From the human T2T-CHM13v2.0 reference genome, Homo sapiens: a DNA stretch of 64,000 nucleotides. The notes under the pieces were generated by a model. That model saw only the letters and a program-made list of their open reading frames with translations, made no database searches and had not been told where the DNA came from. The DNA lies in the NCBI RefSeq assembly GCF_009914755.1, contig NC_060937.1; one strand, 5' to 3'. The position numbers and the translations under genes are program-made. Position 1 is the stretch's first letter; every line of letters begins with the position of its first letter. Positions 61,703-64,000 of this stretch are shown piece after piece.

Positions 61703-64000
61703 AAGGTTTCCATTAAAATGCAATTCTTATTCAGAAGAGGAGACTTTCTAGGCCAATAGCAGTCAAGGGTTTAATTTAATTTACTGCTTTGCAAAGTTTC
61801 AGAAATATACCACCATTGGAACAGAAGATAATTTTAGTAGTACATCAATGACTATTTTTTATTTTAATAGTCTTAATACACATTAAAATAAACAACATAT
61901 CAAACCTATAATTTCACAGATATTGATTGGAATTAAATTAAGGCAATTATTTACATTTAAAAAGTGAGTCAATTTAAATAAAAATATTAGGTCAACAATG
62001 CAAGTGGTGGTTTATGAATACAGTGAAAATTAAGAAGATGGCTGAAAAACAACAAAAGTTCGGGAGACGCCAGTTTTGTTTCTCAGATTAACTAGTTATT
62101 TGCCTACTGAAAGAGAAGTTATGTGGGAAAAAACATGTCTGAGTGGTAGTAGGGGTGAAGTTGGGAGACTTTGGGATCATGGAGATGTTGAATCTGGGGG
62201 TTCCTGAGGGCCGGAAAATCATAGCACAGAGATCATGGTAATAGGGGAATAGAAGCCAAGAAGGGCCATAGAAATGTGACAAACAGGAAAAGATTGTTGT
62301 TTCTTCATAGAGTTATGCAGGGCTGACCTGGCTCATGTGAGATGCGTTTTTCTTCATGGTGGCAAATGGCAGGATTATGAAGGAAGAAAAAGGTCTTCAT
62401 AGATATTTTTGCAATTATGCAGATACTCATTAAATTGGGATGTTTAGGTACCTGCCTATTACAAAGGCTACCCAGGCATTCCTTAAAGACATCATGGCTG
62501 TGACAAACTTACTGATAAGAATTCAATGATAATCAGTGTAGGGGATCTCCAGGAAGCTTATTTTTCTGTAATAACGGCTTGAGATTAAGCAGACAGTAGC
62601 ATTTCTCTGGCTACCATTTTATTTTACAAGTATTCATAACATCTTTGGGAAAGGATGCCCCAAGTCTGTAAAGGCAGCTTGCCCATGCTGCAAGCAGCAG
62701 CAAAGAATGCTTTTGAAGCTATGTGTTTTCCAGTACCTTATGATTCAGAGTTGCATGCAAACAAAAGCTTGCAGGAAGTTCTCCCAAACCTCCCTGGAGC
62801 TGTCCTTAATACTTGGTGTGCTAACAATAATCTCAGCTTGGGAAGCAGTCTTCTATTTCTCACCCCCAAGGTTCAGCAGGCTGAGGCAGGAATTGCCTCA
62901 ACTGCAAGTGCTTCTGAGCTCCAGGCAGAGAAGAGGGACTTCTGACCTCCCAATGCAATGTTCTGAAGTGTGGATTTAATAAAGGAAAAAAGAGTATTAG
63001 TGACTTGACTGCTTTAGGCCAGGTGGTTATAAAGTCCAGACGTTTCCCCCTGATAACAAGATCTGAAAATCAAAATTGCTTAGTTGTAAATTAACTGCTG
63101 AAATTTGGCTAATGTATCGAACGCCCTTTAGAGGAATGGCATTTTATAGCTCAAGGTCAGAAAAACTGCATAGAGTTTCAGTTTTGTGAATATACCAATA
63201 ACTTCCAGGCTGGGTCAGGTATATCCAATAACTAGCTATGGGCCCTAGTTGGATAGGACCTTCTTGGGACTTTGTTTTTATCATCTTAAAGTTAGAAGTT
63301 TCAACCAGATAACTGAGAGCTGCCCTTCCACTCCAACAAGCTGTATGCCAACACCTTTCCAAAGGTGACCATCAATTTGTTCTGGTGTGTCAGGCGGGGG
63401 AAACTGGGGCTTAGGAAAGAAAATGGAGAAGATATTTATTTTTCACACATACAGTGGAAGGCTTTGTGCACATCTGGCAGTAACATTCTGAGGTCAATCC
63501 TTTACAAAGTCATCTAATATAGCAAGCAATTCCTTGTAAGCAATGAATGACTGTTAGCAAGATGGAAGAACAACTTTGGGCATAGAAATGGCCTCTGACA
63601 ATGGCACAAGTGTGTAATTGCCTCTTATTACACAAGACATTATCCGCAATGGTAAACTTAAAGCTTTTTTGTTTTGTTTTGTTTCTTAAAGCTTCTTTAA
63701 TCTGTCCTTGTATCCGGGAAGACTCGATCATTACTTGCCTTTTTCCCCCAAGTAAATTTGTACCCCAAGGAAATATGAGTTTTGTGCTCATTCTGCTTGA
63801 ACACATTGACATTTTGTTAACTGACTGCCCGTTCTCATGAGGGGTCAACACAGATGGCAGCCTTTGAGGTCTCAGATGCAAGCCCTCCTTCCTTGAAGGA
63901 GGTTGGAGCCTGAATAAGAAACATAAATATCTGTTTCAATGAGATTTTCTTACAATTTCAAGAACTAAATCCCCCTACAGGTTATTATTTTGGAATTTTA

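Noticed and set aside
62000-64000. Short ORFs in repeat-poor sequence at the window end
   Set aside because: I see no homology or splice pattern; it may hold regulatory elements, but that needs conservation data.

Overview
Human (primate) genomic DNA containing the complete cyclin A1 gene (CCNA1, + strand; chr13q13 from memory). It has a CpG-island promoter at about 0.87-2.25 kb, nine GT-AG coding exons (2132-12170) that splice to a 465-aa protein, and a poly(A) signal at 12355. Downstream, 13-30 kb is intergenic DNA with Alus, MIR/L2, Tigger3, MER5, MER63/MER58 and a THE1 LTR. The 30-60 kb region is a block of nested, mostly minus-strand LINE-1s, including a full-length L1PA inserted in an older L1. 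The most unusual structure is a replication-dependent histone H2A retrocopy (59576-59968, minus) with a full-length open 130-codon frame and no CpG. Its histone 3' stem-loop lies 3.85 kb away because a young L1PA inserted in the 3' UTR (TSD visible). Its 3' end joins, via A8, the 5'-truncation point of an older same-strand L1, a possible histone-mRNA/L1 chimera. Repeat subfamilies were assigned by eye from remembered consensus sequences and their boundaries are approximate. I found no clearly new biological system beyond these retrotransposition products.
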